Source of the DNA: Octopus bimaculoides
Lineage: Eukaryota
Assembly (NCBI RefSeq): GCF_001194135.2
Contig: NC_069002.1
Location: 30,749,039 to 30,813,038 of the forward strand
Direction of reading: 5' to 3'
Length of the DNA: 64,000 nucleotides
The notes beneath the pieces are model-generated. The model worked only from the letters and a program-made list of their open reading frames with translations, was not told the origin of the DNA and made no database searches. Positions within the stretch are counted from its first letter, which is position 1. Each line of letters starts with the position of its first letter. This document shows, one piece after another, positions 1 through 12,047 of this stretch. The position numbers and the translations under genes were made by a program.

Positions 1-823
1 TTCTGTAGCGTGTACCCCCTTTCTACGTCTTTCCAGCCATCACTCCTTTTTACTGCAGCTGAAAAATACAATTGAAGAATCGCAGTTATTATAAAGTATA
101 TCACAGACTAAATCAGTTATTTGTCAAAATTTGAAATGTTTTGGGTGAAATAATGTGAAATGTCATAACAGCCCACAATTCTCTCCTCTCCCGCCCTTCC
201 TCTTTCTCAATTCTCAGAACAATCTCATCTGTTGTCTTTATTACACTGTGTGACACGATTTCTGTCCTTGGGTTGCGACTGTTATTTCCAATTTGCTGAC
301 CCCTAGAAAGTATGAAAAAATGGCTAATATTTCTTTCAGACTTTGCTTTTGATCTGATATTTATTCAAACCCCAAAGAATCCTTCTCAACACATGGCTAT
401 GATGCTCCTCCGCTACCCCTGCTCATGATCAGGTGGTTACGGTCAAACAACTGATAAGCAAATCTGTGGTTTTGAGCAAGAATATTTACGATAACAACAT
501 TTCTGAAATGTAATGGAAAATGGGTCAGTTTCAAAACCTTGATGTCCAGGTCCCAAAAGCACAGTTTGAAGGGAATTGTTGTCATTTCCTTTGATTTCTA
601 GATAGAAACAAATAGGAAATAACACTCACTGACCAAAAACAAAAACTAAAACAAAAATTTGGTAACAGTGTTATTTAAATTGCTTAGGATTTAACTGGTG
701 CCTATAGATTTTGGTGCCCCTAGATTTTGGTGCCCCACAGGCATAACATACAAACACAAACATACAATGTATTTGTATATATGTTTTTATACGTCTGAAT
801 AGATATATGTATGTATGTGTGTA

Positions 824-1625
824 TTTCTTTTATATGTTTCAATCATTTGACTGGCCATGCTGGAACTCCACCTTGAAGGGTTTTAGTCGAACAAATCGAC
901 TCCGAGATTTTTTTTTAAGCCCAGTTCTTATTCTGTTGGTTTCTTTTTACTGTACCACTAAGTTACAGGGATCTAAACACACCAACAACAGTTGTTAAGC
1001 GGTGATGGGGGTTAATTACAGACACACAGACACATACATATATATATATATCTATATATATGTGAAGGGCTTCTTTCAGTTTCTGTCTGCCAGATCTACT
1101 CATCAAGTTTTGGTTGGCCTGAAGCTATAATAGAAGATGCCCTAGGTACCACGTAGTGGGACTGAACCCATAACCATGTGGTTGGGAAGCAAGCTTCTTA
1201 TCACACAGCCATGCCTGCGCATATATATATATTCTTTTATTAATGTTTCAGTCATTTGAGCCATGCTGGAGCACTGCCTTTAGTTGAAGAAATTGACCCC
1301 AGGACTTATTCTTTGTAAGCTTAGTACTTATTCTATCGGTCTCTTTTGCTGAACCGCTAAGTTATGGGGACATAAACACACCCACATCAGTTTTCAAGTG
1401 ATGGTGAGGGGACAAACACGGACACACACACACACACACACATATATATGTATATGTACACATGACGGGCTTCTTTCAGTTTCCGTCTACCAAATCCACT
1501 CAAATGCTCTGGTTGGTCCAGAGCTATGATAGAAGACAGTTGCTTTTAAGGTCCTACACAGTGGGACTTGACCCCAAAGCAGCATGGTTTGTAAAGTGAA
1601 CTTCTTAAGCAACACAGTCATGCCT
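824..1625 (-). mobile_element. Two tandem family-A tRNA-headed SINEs (about 824-1220 and 1232-1625)
   Basis: Reverse complements of the family seen at 11631 and 46425: A-box tggctgtgtgg, B-box gttcagtcc, internal (GT/AT)n, gactgaaacaagtaaaaga tail. Confidence 0.85.
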
Positions 1626-1771
1626 TCAGAATATTTCATTTTTAGATTTGGCTTGGAAAAATTCTTGACATGAACTTGTGTGTTGAAAGAAAATTTGTTG
1701 TATCTTGGGAGGGTCATTATGCCAAAATAAACACACACACAGACTGATTCAGTTTCACTTCTTTATCATTA

Positions 1772-1891
1772 GTCAATTGATTAGTTATTTAACCAACCAA
1801 GAAATCAAAAGGACTTTGACAGACAACTGATTGTTTGACTGATTAAGCATTCAACCAATTCATTAGTTGGTTAAATAACTGACCAATTGAC
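1772..1891. mobile_element. Small MITE-like inverted-repeat element
   Basis: Arms 1771-1797 and 1866-1892 match at 25 of 27 nt as reverse complements; TA on both flanks. Confidence 0.5.
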
Positions 1892-2298
1892 TTAGAATTA
1901 GGTCGTGAAATTGAACCAGTGCTGTGTTTATTATTGGTGTAATCGACTTTCTCAAGATATATTAAAATAAGCTTATATCTCAAATTACAGGAAGAGTAAA
2001 ATAATATGGCTGGAGAGAGAGCAGAGATTTGTGTGTTTTCGAGTGAAGGCCTTCTTCAAGGTTGAGATAACTGGGTCGCGTAGGACATGACAAGTGTTCA
2101 ATCTTTTGTTTTGAGTGACTGGTTGTAGCTGATCGGGAATAACATAAAACGATTCTCAGGAAGAATTTTGTCTGAAACATTCTCTACAGCAATATCACTT
2201 TACTGTTTCTCTCATTTTTATCAAATAACACAAGTCTTGCCGACATTGGCCACTAGTGAACTTCTTGGAGTTTGTTTTCTACATAGATGTATGTGTGT

Positions 2299-2660
2299 GG
2301 AGGCGCAATAGTCCAGTGGTTAGGGCAGTGGACTTGCGGTTTCGATTACCAGACCGGGCATTGTGAGTGTTTATTGAGCGAAAACACCTAAAGCTCCACG
2401 AGGCTCCGGCAAGGGATGGTGGCGAACCCTGCTGTACTCTTTCACCACAACTTTCTCTCACTCTTACTTCCTGTTTCTGTTGTGCCTGTAATTCAAAAGG
2501 GTCAGCCTTGTCACGCTGAATATCCCCGAGAACTACGTTAAGGGTACACGTGCCTGTGGAGTGCTCAGCCACTTGCACATTAATTTCACGAGCAGACTGT
2601 TCCGTTGATCGGATCAACTGGAACCCTCGACGTCGTAAGCGATGGAGTGCCAACAACAAC
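2299..2660 (+). mobile_element. Family-B tRNA-headed SINE with target-site duplication
   Basis: Head ggaggcgcaa...ccagtggttagggc with a B-box-like ggtttcgatt, (caa)n tail. TSD agatgtatgtg(t/c)gt at 2285-2298 and 2661-2674. Near-identical copies at 9877 and 59176. Confidence 0.9.
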
Positions 2661-3044
2661 AGATGTATGTGCGTAATACAAACAGGGTCTGATGAAGATT
2701 GTGATTAATCTGCAATTTACAAAACTTATCTAGTGAAGTTTGTGGTGACAAGAGAGTCCTCGATGTTTCTTCATTTGAGGAAGAAAACTTCTCTTCTTCC
2801 TTTTTCTTTTCCCTTTCTGTTTCTTGTAACTTTTCACCTCTCTTTTCCTCTCACCAATTCACATCAGCCTTTCACTTCTTGTTGTCTTAACATTCATCTC
2901 CTTCCAACAATTTGAAGTCGAGCAATTCTGTCAATCAATCAATCTTTCTCTCTCTCTCTTTGATCTTTAATTACTTGTTTCAGGTTTGAAAATTTCTCTT
3001 CACTTTTTTTACTCTTATGCTCTCCCTTCCTTACTTTCCTTTCT

Positions 3045-3093
<49 letters not shown>

Positions 3094-3113
3094 CATGTGT
3101 ATATATATATATA

Positions 3114-3308
3114 CCGGAGTAAGCACATAAAATGTGCAACAAGGTGGAAAAAAGAGTACTCAAATACCAGAGGTAGAGTAATATGCTTTATTTAAAAGCA
3201 GCAGAAATATAACAAAAAGACTGTTACTCAGAGTTTCACGTTCCTGTTCGGGAACGTGAAACTCAGAGTAACAGTATTTTGTCATATTTCTGCTGCTTTT
3301 AAATAAAG
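3114..3308. mobile_element. Fold-back element with about 60-bp arms, probably an inverted Penelope-like terminus
   Basis: 3186-3244 is the near-perfect reverse complement of 3251-3308. The arms carry GAA-ACTC-n-GAGT-A-ACAG, the 3' half of a hammerhead-like motif. Confidence 0.6.
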
Positions 3309-3696
3309 TATATATATGTGTGTGTGTGTGTATATATATCATCATTATTTCATGTCGGCTTTTCATGTTGGCATGGGTTATGTGTGTGTGTGTGCATTTG
3401 GTTGGGAAGCAAACTTCTTGATTATAGAAACATGCCTTTGGCACCCCCTGCCCCTCCACACACACTTGGTGTCGTGTGGTCCTTCATGTTATCCCAAAAC
3501 ATTAAGTATTCCTTCACCAGAAAGATTTAATTGGGTTTTAAAATGGTTGCTGTTTTTTAATGTGTATCCTTCGCATTTTATATGTTGTGGAATATGCAAT
3601 CTATCTACATGTTATGTATGAATGTTTATTACATGTTATGTATGAATGTTTATTACATGTTAGTGTGTGTGTGTGTGTATATACGTTTGTGTGTGT

Positions 3697-3830
3697 ATAT
3701 AGTTGAAATTTATAGAAAAACAAAAGACGAAGACAGGTGTATGAACAACAAGCATGTGTGTTAGTTTGATGCTCTGGAAAAATGGAAAAGCCTTTTACGT
3801 TTTTGCCTACGCTCTTTGATAGGAAAGAAT
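3697..3830 (-). mobile_element. Short repeat with a degenerate hammerhead-like head; same family as 58121-58265
   Basis: The reverse complement aligns over about 130 nt with 58121-58265 and reads cttt-cctatcaa-agagcgtaggca-aaa-ACGT-A-aaag. Confidence 0.65.
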
Positions 3831-3878
3831 GACAGTAAATAAACAGAGAAGGGAAAAAAACGTAGTGATATACATACA

Positions 3879-4000
3879 CAGGGTGTCCACAAAGTCTGGG
3901 TACATGGGGATTAACATACGTTAAGAAATTATTATTTCTTATATTTAATTGTTTACGTTATGATTTTATTTACTCCATGTACCCAGACTTTGTGGACACC

Positions 4001-4003
<3 letters not shown>
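3879..4003. mobile_element. Tc1/mariner-type MITE, 125 bp
   Basis: Perfect 29-bp TIRs cagggtgtccacaaagtctgggtacatgg (3879-3907 and 3975-4003); TA on the right flank, CA on the left. Confidence 0.85.

Positions 4004-4078
<75 letters not shown>
4004..4078. repeat. (TA)n microsatellite; similar long arrays at about 8563-8655, 36775-36823, 58415-58486 and 63955-64000
   Basis: Directly visible dinucleotide runs. Confidence 0.98.
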
Positions 4079-4080
<2 letters not shown>

Positions 4081-4910
4081 TGGCTACTGAATAATTGTCA
4101 TATTATTTACAGATATATATATATATATATCCATACAAACATGTATATTTATATATGCAAGTTTTTGTGTGTGTATATAAGGGATTGGCTATAAGCTTCT
4201 CCACATGCTAGAAATAGATGCTTATAGCCAATCCCTTGTTATAATTATGAATATAATTATTATATTTGTTGTGTGTATGTGTATAATATTGTCAAGCGAC
4301 GGTGGAGGGACAAACACACACACACACATATATATATATATATGTATGTATATATATTATGTGTATGTGTATGATCTGTATGTATGTTGCTGTGTGTGTG
4401 TACATGTATTACGTTATCTGTCTGTGTGTGTGTCATAGGAATGTGACCTGTATGCATATATTGTGTGTGTGTGTGTGTGAATCTAATAAAACAATTGCTC
4501 TCAAACCCTGGCAGACATCAGTTTCCTCCCTTCCCTCCCTTTTATAAGTGGTGAGAGATTCCTGTGTGATGACAGATGATATTTTTGAATATATGGAGAG
4601 AGAGAGAGAAAGAAACAGGTGCTAATCCATAAAGTGCTGTTTTTACTTATAATATTCAACAAAGCAGTGAGTTGGCAGAATTGACAAAGAAACACCTTAT
4701 GGTAGTTTTTTCTGATTCTTTACTCTGAGTTCCGAGGTCAACTTAGCCTTATAGTCGTTTCCCTATCCCCACCACATCCCTCCCCAGGGCTGATACAATA
4801 AAGTACCACTCAAGTACTGGGGTGGGAGGGTTGATGGCATCACCTGAACCCTGCCCCTTCCTTCTTAGAATTTCTGGTCCTGGACCTAAATCAAAAACAA
4901 CTATGAATAA

Positions 4911-5406
4911 GGTACAAAAGTGGCTGTGTGGTAAGAAGCTTACTTGCCAACCACATGGTTCCAGGTTCAGTCCCACTGCATAGCACCTTGGGCAAGTATC
5001 TTCTACTATAGCCTTGGGCCGACCAAAGCCTTGTGAGTGGATTTGGTAGATGGAAACTGAAAGAAGCCTGTTGTATATATGTATACACACACACACACAC
5101 ACATCTGTATGTCTTTGTGCCTATATTTGTCCCCCACCACTGCTTGACAACTGGTGCTGATGTTATGTCCTTGTAACTTAGCAGTTTGGCAAAACAGACT
5201 GATAGAATAAGTGCCAAGCTTTGAAAAAAAAAGTCATACATATAAGGTGCAGGAGTGGCTGTGTGGTAAATAGCTTGCTTCCCAACCACATGGTTCTAGG
5301 TTCAGTCTCACAGCATGGCACCTTGGGCAAGTGTCTTCTACTATAGCCTCGAACCGACCAAAGCCTTGTGAGTGGATTTGGTAGACAGAAACTGAAAGAA
5401 GCCTGT

Positions 5407-5452
<46 letters not shown>

Positions 5453-5710
5453 TGTGTGTTTGTCTCTCCACTATTGCTTGACAACCAATGTTGGCGTGTT
5501 TACATCCCTGTAACTTAGCAGTTCTGCAAAAGAGACCGATAGAACAAGTACTGGAGTTGATTTGTTCGACTAAACTAAAGGTGGTGCTCCAGCATGGCCA
5601 CAGTCAAATGACTGAAACAAACAAAAAAAACATCTGATTAAAAATTCTTGAAAGTGATGTCCCAGCATGGCCACAATCTAATGACTGAAACAAGTAAAAG
5701 ATAAAAGATG
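4911..5710 (+). mobile_element. Tandem family-A SINEs (about 4911-5240 and 5246-5625) plus an extra tail fragment
   Basis: Repeated A/B-box head, body and ccagcatggccacagtcaaatgactgaaac tail. Confidence 0.85.
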
Positions 5711-6151
5711 GGCAAGACTTGAACTTGGAACCTCGAAAGCTTTAGTCCAGATTTATTCAATTATTTCTTGGTAGAAGGCTACAAATGTATGGAGAGAGGG
5801 AGAGAGAGAGAGAGAGAGAATGTGGTGGTGGTGGTGGTGGTGGGACATAGTCCCTTATATCAACCTTAGTACTTGACTGGTATTATATTTTATGAATCTT
5901 GAACAGAATTAAGGACAAGTCAACCCGGGTGAGGTTTAAATTTGGATTGGAAAGCGATCAGAATTCCTAATATTGCTCTCGATTTCTCGCTGCTTTATTA
6001 ACATTCTAGACAGACATTCATTAACACAACGAATGTCTAATGAATTGCAGACCAAAATTAATCAATTCCTGCTTCCTTCAGTTGAAATTTATTTTAAAAT
6101 TACATTTTAAACTATATTAGGTCCTTCAAGTGTTATTGGTGGATGTATACA

Positions 6152-6500
6152 GGTGTGGCTGTATGGTAAGAAGCTCGTTTCCCAACCACATGGTTCTGGG
6201 TTCAGTCCCATTGTGTGGCACCTTGAGCAAGTGCCTTTTACTATAGCCTTGGGCCAACCAGAGCCTTGTGAGTGGATTTGGTAAACGGAAACTGAAAGAA
6301 GCTTGTCATATATATGTATAAAAATCTATTTGTGTCTGTATCTGTCCCCCATCACATCTTGACAACCGGTGTTGGTGTGTTTATGTCCCTGTAACTTAAC
6401 AGTTCAGCAAGACAGTCCCTGGGGTTGATTTGCTTGACTAAACCCTTCAAGGCTGTGAACCTGTATGACCACAGTCAAATGACTGAAACAAAATATGAAA
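6152..6500 (+). mobile_element. Family-A SINE
   Basis: Same head, body and tail as the other family-A copies. Confidence 0.8.
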
Positions 6501-6624
6501 GATATACACATACATACATAGATAGAAAAAATAGCAAACACCAGAAGAGAAATTGTGTTGTTATACAATTATTTTGCTGAGTTGGTGATCAGTAATATAC
6601 TGTTTGATGGTATAAGTGTAATGT

Positions 6625-6659
<35 letters not shown>

Positions 6660-6995
6660 GAATGTGTGCACACTTACATGCAGACGTGTATGTGGTGATT
6701 TGCTGTACTTGAGAAGACATGTCAAACTAAGCAAAATCGCTGTCTTCCACACAAACAGGCTTGTCCTTTACAGGTGATGGTGCCATTTAAAAAGCATCCA
6801 TGCAGGTGGCTGCTGTGTCAATGCACCTATGCTGGAACTGCATTAATGCACTCATGTCAGTGCTGCATAAATGCACCTGTGATGGTGATATGTAAAAGGC
6901 ACCCAGCACACACTCTGTAAAGTGGTTTGTGTTATGGAGGGCATCCAGCTGTAGAAACCATGCCGCAACTGACAGATGGAGTCTGGACAGCTCCC

Positions 6996-7221
6996 TTATT
7001 TCTTTATTGCCCACAAGGGGCTTAACATAGAGGGGACAGACAAAGGGGTTAAGTCGATTGCATCGACCCCAGTGTGTAACTGGTACTTAATTTATCGACC
7101 CCCGAAAGGATGAAAGGCAAAGTTGACCTTGGCGGAATTTGAACTCAGAATGTAACGACAGATGAAATACCACTAAGCATTTCGCCCGGCGTCCCTAACG
7201 TTTCTGCCAGCTCGCTGCCTT
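6996..7221 (-). mobile_element. Family-C tRNA-headed SINE (Nin/Deu-like core); other copies at about 18510-18743, 22800-23015, 25125-25335, 25925-26140, 37975-38176 (-) and 55376-55555 (+)
   Basis: The reverse complement starts aaggcagcgagctggcagaa, has B-box gagttcaaattcc and core gcctttcatcctttcggggtcgataaattaagtaccag. The domain name is from memory. Confidence 0.8.
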
Positions 7222-7403
7222 ACCCAGCCCCATATCAAACTGTCCAACACATCCCAGTATAGAGATGATGGTGTGTGTGTATTTGCATGCTATTTCTATT
7301 AATATATTGTCTTTTTAGTTTATCATTTTAAAGGAAAACTGTTTAAAAGTTGAAAATTAACAATTGTGACATATCTTAATGAAATATTTGCTCTACTGAC
7401 TCG

Positions 7404-7725
7404 GTTAACAGGTGAACAATATAAAGCAATACAAATGTGTGCAATACCTTAAAAAACAGTTAACAGGTGAACAAAACCTTGCTATTACAGTTAATTTGTT
7501 CTTTAATAAACATGGTTAACAAGTGAACTATACCTTAATAAACATATTTAGCATGTGAACAATGTTTGAATAAATGTGGTTAACATATGAACAGTGCTTC
7601 GATAAACACAATTAACGTGTGCACAATACCTTAATAAACACAGCTAGCAGGAAAATGATACTTTAATAAATGTGGTTTACAGGTGAACAAAACGTTTCTC
7701 ACTCTGTTAACAGGTGAATGAAACC
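7404..7725. repeat. Degenerate minisatellite with a unit of about 31 bp (ttaacaggtgaacaataccttaataaacaca-like), about 9-10 units
   Basis: Recurring ttaacaggtgaaca and ccttaataaacac motifs at about 30-nt spacing. Confidence 0.75.
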
Positions 7726-8556
7726 AAACAATTTGTCCTGTTTGTTTCTAGTTGATTTATTAATTTATTTCCTTTGGTTAATTAATATCGAAGTTCTTCT
7801 TGTACTAATTACCCAAATTTAGTGACAGTTTAATCAAGCTTAATATCATCTCTCCCCCACCACCATTTACATTACTGCTATTTACCCAGCAGAGATAGAT
7901 TGAGTTGTTATGGTAACAAATGGGGGATATTCATCAAGAGATTAGTTGAATAAATAATAACGAGAGCTTATAATTAAAGCTTTGCTTGATGTGTAGACTT
8001 GTATGGCAGGTCAGAAACTTGGGGGTGGTGGGGAATGAAATATGTTTACTTTCATGTGATGTTGTTGTTGTTGCTATTGTAAAGCCTCAGGTGATCCCAG
8101 ATGGAATAGATCTATGGCCTGTAAATAAGACCTACATCTGATCTGTTTGTTGTTCCAAATATATCACAGCCTTTGTTTAGCCGAAGACCATTCTGCACTG
8201 AATGGTATGTAGTTGTAATGGCTGTGTGGTTAGGAAGTTTGCTTCACAACCATGAGGTCTCGAGTTCAATCTCACTGTGTGGTATTATGGACCTTGGGCA
8301 AGTGACATCTGCTGTAGTGTTGGGTTGACCAAAGCCTTGCGAGTGAATCTGGTGGATGGAAACTTGTAAGACGCCTGTTGTGTGTGTGTGTGTATCATCA
8401 TCATCACCATTTAATGTCCATCTTCCATGAATGCATGAGTAGAATGGTTGACAGGAGCCCCGACCATGCAGAAAATGTACCCTAGGCTAGTGTCTGTTTT
8501 TTGTAGGGATTTTATGGCTGGATGCCCTTCCTAACACCAACCACTCCCCAGATACA

Positions 8557-8655
<99 letters not shown>

Positions 8656-9596
8656 TTGTGTGTGTGTGTGTATATATTCCAATAACACTGTACTTATTCA
8701 ATGTCCTCGCGTTGTTGTCTTTTCATGTTTTTTCTTGCTTGCTCATGTTTGGATTGACTATATATATATACATGTGTGTGTCTATGTATATATACACGTG
8801 TGCATGTATATATGTATACATACACACACAAAAATTGGTGCAGATTGGAGACAGGAAGAGCATCCAGCTGTAAAACCCTACCCCAAGATCAATTCCCATC
8901 CAAGCCATGCTAGCATGGGAAAAACCTGTGCTGGTGCCTTGTCAGAAGCACCCAGTACACTCTTTAAAAATGTTTGACATCAGGAAGGGCATCCAGCTGT
9001 AGAAACCCGACTAAAACAGGCAATTGGACCCTGGTGCAACTCTCTGGCTGTTCAGCTCCTGTCAAACCATCCAACCCATGCCAGCATGAAAGATGGACAT
9101 TAAACGATGATGATGATAAACCAACTAGTAAATGGTTGTATATTTTTGTTACACAGCCATAATATTCTGGAACAAACTGTGATGCGTTTTAAAAGAACTA
9201 CAAGACTGTAGTCTGGTTGATACCAAACCACACAGCACTGTCAACAATTTGTTGCAGCAATACAGTCGAGGCGGGATTAAAAGACAATTGATTCTCTATG
9301 TGTCACCCAACCCTGCCCTCCCCCTCTCTTGTGACCTTGACAGTGTCGAAATGACAATAAAGATATGAGTGTTGTTTGTGAAATGATTGATTAACAATTC
9401 AATTTTCTTCCAGATCAGACCCCCCCTACCTCATCCACCTAGGCTTGATTTCATCACTGTATTGACCCTTTCGGTACCGACCTGTCTGAGACTGACCCTG
9501 GTTCTATGATATAAGTTTCCCTGCACCCTCAACACAATTCTAAGCCGGAATCAGAGTGATTGGCATCATGTGACGACCTTAGGCCTTTTCATTTAA

Positions 9597-9826
9597 CCCT
9601 TTTGGCACCAACCTACCTGAGACTGCTCCCTCCCCCCCTTGGTTCCATGATATGAGCTTCTTGTTTTAAAGCGATCTAAATTTAAACCTTCCATCAAATT
9701 TTCATGTTAATCTGTGTTTCAAACCCCGGCTTCCATAATGAGATTATTTCACTAAAGTCTTCATTATTTTCAGATTTAAATGAAACACAGTAAGTGTATC
9801 ATAACAGGAATATGGTAACAAAAGGG
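9597..9826. mobile_element. piggyBac-like MITE (TTAA-flanked, CCC termini)
   Basis: ttaa|cccttttggcacca...tggtaacaaaaggg|ttaa; TIRs match at 12 of 14 nt. Related partial copies at about 9835-10400, 17390-17540 and 35120-35272. Confidence 0.7.
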
Positions 9827-9876
9827 TTAAAGTAATCCAAATTAAAACCTTTCATCATTAACTTATGTTCCAAGCA

Positions 9877-10310
9877 TGGAGGCGCAATGGCCCATTGGTT
9901 AGGGCAGCGGACTCGCGGTCATAGGATTGCNNNNNNNNNNNNNNNNNNNNNNNNNNNNNNNNNNNNNNNNAGGATTGCGGTTTCGATTCCCAGACCGGGC
10001 GTTGTGAGTGTTTATTGAGCGAAAACACCTAAACGCTCCACAAGGCTCCGGCAGGTGATGGTGGCAAACCCTGCTATACTCTTCCACCACAACTTTCTCT
10101 CACTCTTACTTCCTGTTTCTGTTGTGCCTGTAATTCAAAGGGTCAGCCTTGCCACATTCTGTGTCACGCTGAATATTCCTGAGAACTACGTTAAGGGTAC
10201 ACGTGTCTGTGGAGTGCTCAGCCACTTGCATGTTAATCTCACGAGCAGGCTGTTCCATTGATCGGATAAACTGGAACCCTCGACGTCGTAAGCGATGGAG
10301 TGCCAACAAC
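9877..10310 (+). mobile_element. Family-B SINE inserted into a piggyBac-like MITE copy
   Basis: 12-bp TSD atgttccaagca at 9865-9876 and 10311-10322; the flanks rejoin into the sequence of the 9597 family. Confidence 0.88.
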
Positions 10311-11630
10311 ATGTTCCAAGCAGTAGCTTGATAATGACAGGTATTTTAATAAATTCTTTGTTGTTTTCAAAATTAATTGAAACAAAAGCAGTTTATAAAT
10401 TAACTGTTAGTGATGGTAGCAGCCTTTGTAACAAATATTAACTTGCACATCCAACTTCATATGGATGTGCTGTCTTGAACACCAAAGACTGCAGTAATCC
10501 ACCTTAGAAACCACCTTGTAAAGAGCTAAATAGCACAGATTATATTTGCAGAAGAAATTTTACCAGCATCAGCGTAATTTTTGCCTCATCAGCAGCAGAT
10601 ACCCAATCACGAAATGTCAGACTGAAATCTCTTGAAGCCAATATAGTTTAACACTGACTAAACAAAACTGGCAGACTGTGTATAAATTAGCTATTAGCGA
10701 CAGAAGTATCATTTGTAATGAATATTAATTAGAACATCTGACTTAACTTGGATGTGTGGTTTCCAACATTGTAGACTGCAGTAATCATCTTGAGAAATCG
10801 TCTCGAAGAGAAGGTGCTGACAAAATTTCGTCAACCGATATATCTGTGCTTTTAATAGCATCTAATGTCTTTGCATAATGATTTCTCGAAACTATTACTG
10901 TAGTCTACAGCATTCAAAATAGCACATCCAAGTTAAATTGGATGTGTTAATTAATAAAAACTGTGCATTTCAGCAGAAATATGGTAACAAGAAAGTTAAA
11001 TATAATCTTCTGGGATTCCTAAACTAAGCACTATTCTATCTTTTATTCATCATTTTCCATTCCATGCTGTACCACTCCTCTCTCCCTCCAAGACAATTCT
11101 TGTAACAAATAAGTGGTTTTTGTTTTTTTTTTCTTTCTATGAAACGAAATGGATAAGAATAACTTGATTAATCTCTAACTTGATGAAGAATCAATCGCAT
11201 TTATGAACCAAGAATAACTCTGTTTGACTACTCAAAAATAATGAATTATCAATGGATTTGGTTTACCATTGGGTGTGTGTGTATAAATATATATATATAT
11301 ATATAAATGAGGCTAATTGTGTGAATTTGTATATGGTATGTGTGTGAAGCACCAAAGGATGTGTGTATATGAAGGTATTTCTTTGTATACACATATGGTG
11401 TATGGGTTGGATTCTGGCACCGATGACTATATGTATCTGAGGGTATTTGTGTGTGTGTGTAATATATAGGCATTTTTGTGTCCATATATGGTGTGTTGGT
11501 GGGAGTTTGATCACAATAGATACCTGGACATGTGGCTATGTGTGTGTGTATATATATATATATGTAGTGTATGGGTGTTTGTTTAGAAGTCAGTGAGTTA
11601 TTTGAGTTGTTTAGCCCCAGGTCGGTACTA

Positions 11631-11793
11631 GGCGTAGGAGTGGCTGTGTGGTAAGTAGCTTGCTTACGAACCACATGGTTCCGGGTTCAGTCCCACTGCA
11701 TGGCACCTTGGGCAAGTGTCTTCTACTATAGCCTCAGGCCGACCAAAGCCTTGAGAGTGGATTTGGTAGACGGAAACTGAAAGAAACCTGTCG

Positions 11794-11826
<33 letters not shown>

Positions 11827-12047
11827 GTATATATATGTGTGTGTGTGTCTGTGTCTGTGTTTGTCGCCCCACCATCGCTTGACAACCGATGCTCAGGTGT
11901 TTACGTCCCCGTAACTTAGCGGTTCGGCAAAAGAGACTGATAGAATAAGTACTAGGCTTACAAAGAATAAGTCGTCGTGTCGATTTGCTCGACTAAAGGC
12001 GGTGCTCCAGCATGGCCACAGTCAAATGACCGAAACAAGTAAAAAAG
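11631..12047 (+). mobile_element. Family-A SINE, full length
   Basis: Complete head (ggcgtaggagtggctgtgtggtaag), B-box, microsatellite and tail. Confidence 0.9.

Noticed and set aside
2279-2659. Similar ORFs recurring at 2.3, 10.1 and 59.4 kb that look like a gene family
   Set aside because: They are antisense readings of family-B SINE copies.
2689-2725. CTGATGA followed by an agatt/aatct hairpin and GCAA
   Set aside because: GAAA is replaced by GCAA and no stem I or III can be formed; not supportable as a hammerhead.
8522-8977. ORFs rich in YIYI/CVCV/THTH
   Set aside because: Translations of (TA)n and (GT)n microsatellites inside SINEs.
11631-11710. tRNA-like A/B boxes at many SINE heads
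   Set aside because: These are SINE promoters followed by SINE bodies; no complete cloverleaf, so no tRNA gene was called.
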